Source of the DNA: Nitrospiraceae bacterium | Lineage (GTDB): Bacteria; Nitrospirota; Nitrospiria; Nitrospirales; Nitrospiraceae | NCBI GenBank assembly: GCA_037442105.1 | Contig: JBBIQV010000028.1 | Coordinates: 1 to 41,776 of the forward strand | Length of the DNA stretch: 41,776 nucleotides | Reading direction: 5' to 3' | Shown here: in pieces, positions 38,927 to 41,776 of the stretch | How positions within the stretch are numbered: the stretch's first letter is position 1 | Layout: each line of letters opens with the position of its first letter | Translations under genes and position numbers: made by a program | The notes under the pieces: generated by a model | Database searches by the model: none | What the model saw: only the letters and a program-made list of their open reading frames with translations | What the model was told of the DNA's origin: nothing

Positions 38927-40770
38927 CCGCTTCCAGTTCCGGCGTCCCATCCATCACGCATCCATTGAACGTCATTGTCGCCACCGATTGTGGCAGCACA
39001 ACGACGAAAGCCATTCTCATCGAGAAAGTCGGCAACGAGTATCGCCAGACGTATCGAGGTGAAGCTCCCACAACCGTCGAAGCGCCGTTCGAAGACGTGA
39101 CCCGCGGCGTGCTGAACGCCATCGCCGAGATCGAAGAACTCTCCGGTCGCAAGATTCTGGACGGCGACAAAATCATCACCCCGAACCGCGCCGCCCAGGG
39201 TGATCCCAAAACTGGCGCGGACATTTACATCTCCACCAGCAGCGCCGGCGGCGGGTTGCAGATGATGGTGACCGGTGTCGTGCAGAATATGACCGGCGAA
39301 AGCGCCCAACGTTGTGCGCTTGGCGCGGGGGCCATCGTCATCGATGTGCTGGCCTCGAACGACGGCCGCTTGCCGCATGAAAAGATTGAACGCATCCGCT
39401 CGCTGAGACCCGACATGATCCTGATGTCGGGAGGCACGGACGGTGGCGCGGTGACTCACGTGGTCGAGATGGCCGAGTACGTCTCCGCCGCAGAACCCCG
39501 CCCGCGTTTCGGCAGCACCTATACGTTGCCGCTCATCTACGCCGGCAACAAAAACGCGCAGGATCAGGTCAAGAAGATCCTCGGCAAAAAGACCGCGCTG
39601 GAGATCACGGACAATATCCGCCCCGTTCTGGAGAAAGAGAATCTGGCGCCGGCACGGCACAAAATTCATGATCTCTTTCTCGAACACGTCATGGCCCAGG
39701 CTCCCGGTTACAAGAAACTGATCGACATGGCCGGCGCGCCGATCATGCCGACGCCGGCCGCGGTCGGCCTCATCATGGAGACCATTGCCAAGCGCGAGCG
39801 CCTAAATCTGATCGGCGTGGACATCGGCGGCGCGACGACCGACGTGTTTTCTGTGTTCAACGGCATCTTCAACCGGACCGTCAGCGCCAATCTCGGCATG
39901 TCCTACAGTATTTCGAACGTGCTCGCGGAGGCCGGGCTGGACAACATCTTGCGGTGGGTTCCGTTCACGCTCGATGAACAGACTTTGCGAAACCGCATCA
40001 AGAATAAGATGGTACGGCCGACGACCATCCCGCAAACGTTGGACGAGCTGCAGATCGAACATGCCATTTCACGCGAAGCGCTCCGGTTGGCGCTCATCCA
40101 CCACAAGTCGCTCGCTACGGGCTTGAAAGGCGTGCAGCAGGAACGGACGATCTCCGACGTGTTCGAGCAGCAACAGTCCGGCCGGACGCTGATCGACATG
40201 TTGAAATTGGATTTGATCGTCGGCAGCGGCGGCATTCTCTCCCACGCGCCCCGACGCATCCAGTCTATGGTGATGATGGTCGATGCCTACGAACCGCTCG
40301 GGTTCACCATGCTGGCTGTGGACAGCATCTTCATGATGCCGCACCTGGGGGTGCTCTCGACGATCAACGAGAAGGCGGCGGCGGATGTTTTCGTGCGGGA
40401 CTGCATGATCTACCTCGGCGCCTGCATCGCGCCGATCGGACAGGGGAAGGACGGCGAACGCTGCGCCGATTACGACATCGCGTTCAGTGATGGCCGTCCG
40501 GCAGAGAAAGGCACATTGAAATTCGGCGAGCTGCGACATCTGCCGTTGCCCCGTGAGCAACGTGCGAAGGTGACGATGCAACCGACGAAGCAGGTGGATC
40601 TCGGCGCAGGCGCCGGGATGTCCGTCACGCGCGAGGTGCAGGGAGGCGTGGTAGGACTCCTGCTGGATGGGCGAGGCCGGCCGCTGCAATTGCCGCGCGA
40701 ACAGAATGCTCGTGTCGCAGCCTTGAACCGGTGGCACCAGGCGGTGGATTTATACCCGAAGGCAGGTTGA
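38923..40770 (+). CDS. GlmL/MutL-like (glutamate mutase accessory family) ASKHA-fold protein
   Basis: TDCGSTTTK, TSSAGGGL, SGGTDGG, YAGN, IMPTP, VDIGGATTDVFS, RTVSANLGMSYS motifs. Confidence 0.8.
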   Translation: MTASSSGVPSITHPLNVIVATDCGSTTTKAILIEKVGNEYRQTYRGEAPTTVEAPFEDVTRGVLNAIAEIEELSGRKILDGDKIITPNRAAQGDPKTGADIYISTSSAGGGLQMMVTGVVQNMTGESAQRCALGAGAIVIDVLASNDGRLPHEKIERIRSLRPDMILMSGGTDGGAVTHVVEMAEYVSAAEPRPRFGSTYTLPLIYAGNKNAQDQVKKILGKKTALEITDNIRPVLEKENLAPARHKIHDLFLEHVMAQAPGYKKLIDMAGAPIMPTPAAVGLIMETIAKRERLNLIGVDIGGATTDVFSVFNGIFNRTVSANLGMSYSISNVLAEAGLDNILRWVPFTLDEQTLRNRIKNKMVRPTTIPQTLDELQIEHAISREALRLALIHHKSLATGLKGVQQERTISDVFEQQQSGRTLIDMLKLDLIVGSGGILSHAPRRIQSMVMMVDAYEPLGFTMLAVDSIFMMPHLGVLSTINEKAAADVFVRDCMIYLGACIAPIGQGKDGERCADYDIAFSDGRPAEKGTLKFGELRHLPLPREQRAKVTMQPTKQVDLGAGAGMSVTREVQGGVVGLLLDGRGRPLQLPREQNARVAALNRWHQAVDLYPKAG

Positions 40771-40838
40771 GGCTGAGGCTGAGGTTGGGGAAAAACACAT
40801 CATGAGTCTTCCCTCAACCTGAACCTCGACCTCAACCT
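40764..40838. repeat. Inverted array of hexamer repeats (GAGGYT)n ... (ARCCTC)n
   Basis: AGGTTGAGGCTGAGGCTGAGGTTGGGGA (40764-40791) pairs imperfectly with TCCCTCAACCTGAACCTCGACCTCAACCT (40810-40838). Confidence 0.75.
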
Positions 40839-40848
40839 TGTTGCAAGC

Positions 40849-41776
40849 ATGCCCCATTCCTACACGCCAGGGCTGACCGTTACCGAACGGACCGTTGTCC
40901 GGCGCCGCCGGCTGTTGCCTTTGCCCGGCACGGTACTCGTCAACAGAGGCGATGCGGTCCGTGCCGATACCGCTGTCGCGCGCGCAGAACTGCCGGGCAA
41001 GGTCCATCCGATCAACCTTGCGAACCAACTCGGCATCGCGCCGGACGAAATCAAGGAGTATCTTGTCAAGAAAGAAGGCGATCAGGTCGGGAAAGATGAA
41101 ATCCTGGCCGAGAACAAGCCGCTCATCAAATGGTTCAAAACAGAAATTAAGTCGCCGGTCACCGGCATGGTGGAATCCGTTTCCACTGTGACGGGGCAAG
41201 TGCTCCTGCGCGAACCTCCGCACGTACTGGAGTTGTTGGGGTACGTGGATGGCACGGTCGTCGAACTCCATCCGCAACAGGGCGTGACGGTCGAGACGAC
41301 GTGCAGCCTCGTGCAAGGCATCTTCGGTATCGGCGGCGAGACGTGGGGTGAGATTACGATCGCCGTCAAATCCCCGGACGAACCGCTCACGCCGGAACAG
41401 ATCAACCGGAGCATGGCGGGGAAGGTCATTGTCGGCGGTTCCTTCCTCTCTGCCGATACCATGACGGCGGCCAAGAAAGTCGGCGTGGCGGGACTGGTCG
41501 TCGGTGGCATCCATGACANNNNNNNNNNNNNNNNNNNNNNNNNNNNNCGCCATCACGGGAACCGAGCAGGTCGGCTTCACGCTCATTCTTACTGAAGGAT
41601 TCGGCACGATTCCGATGGCGAGCAAAACATTCACGTTGTTGTCTGCTCATGAGGGACAGAAGGCGTCGATTTCTGGCGCCACGCAAATCCGGGCCGGCGT
41701 GATCAGGCCGGAAATCATTATTTCCAAAGGGGCCGGCGCAGCTCGTGTTGGAGCAACGGCGGCAATCCTACAGCGG
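40849..41776 (+). CDS. Hypothetical protein of the GlmL-like operon (partial; spans an N gap and runs off the window)
   Basis: Open to the N run at 41519-41547, then continues in another frame as AITGTEQVGFTLILTEGFG...TQIRAGVIRPEIII. Contains lipoyl-carrier-like half motifs (LVKKEGDQVGKDEILA, IKSPVTGMVE). Confidence 0.75.

Noticed and set aside
41519..41595. Apparent frameshift and early stop in the last gene
   Set aside because: Coincides with a 29-N assembly gap of estimated length; the protein continues plausibly in another frame.

Overview
Mostly ordinary housekeeping chromosome (scpAB, clpC, tsaD, hflX, nth, yicC-gmk-rpoZ-coaBC, aroQ-efp-accB-accC-thiE, bioD, putA, desaturase-apbC-Rieske-lipA). 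Gene order and repeat style suggest a Nitrospira-like genome (inference). Between thiE and bioD (23.4-29.0 kb) is an accessory island: a 389-bp MITE-like element, two decayed integron-integrase 3' ends co-oriented with the cassettes, a candidate attI, two gene cassettes with attC sites, and an IS1182-family element inserted exactly at the GTT core of the last attC so that a GTTRRRY core survives on both sides. The transposase appears to have accumulated mainly A:T->C:G transversions. Other points: hflX probably starts at AUU, and an uncharacterised GlmL/MutL-like operon with its own near-consensus promoter runs off the right edge. Family assignments come from motif recognition only; no database searches were run.
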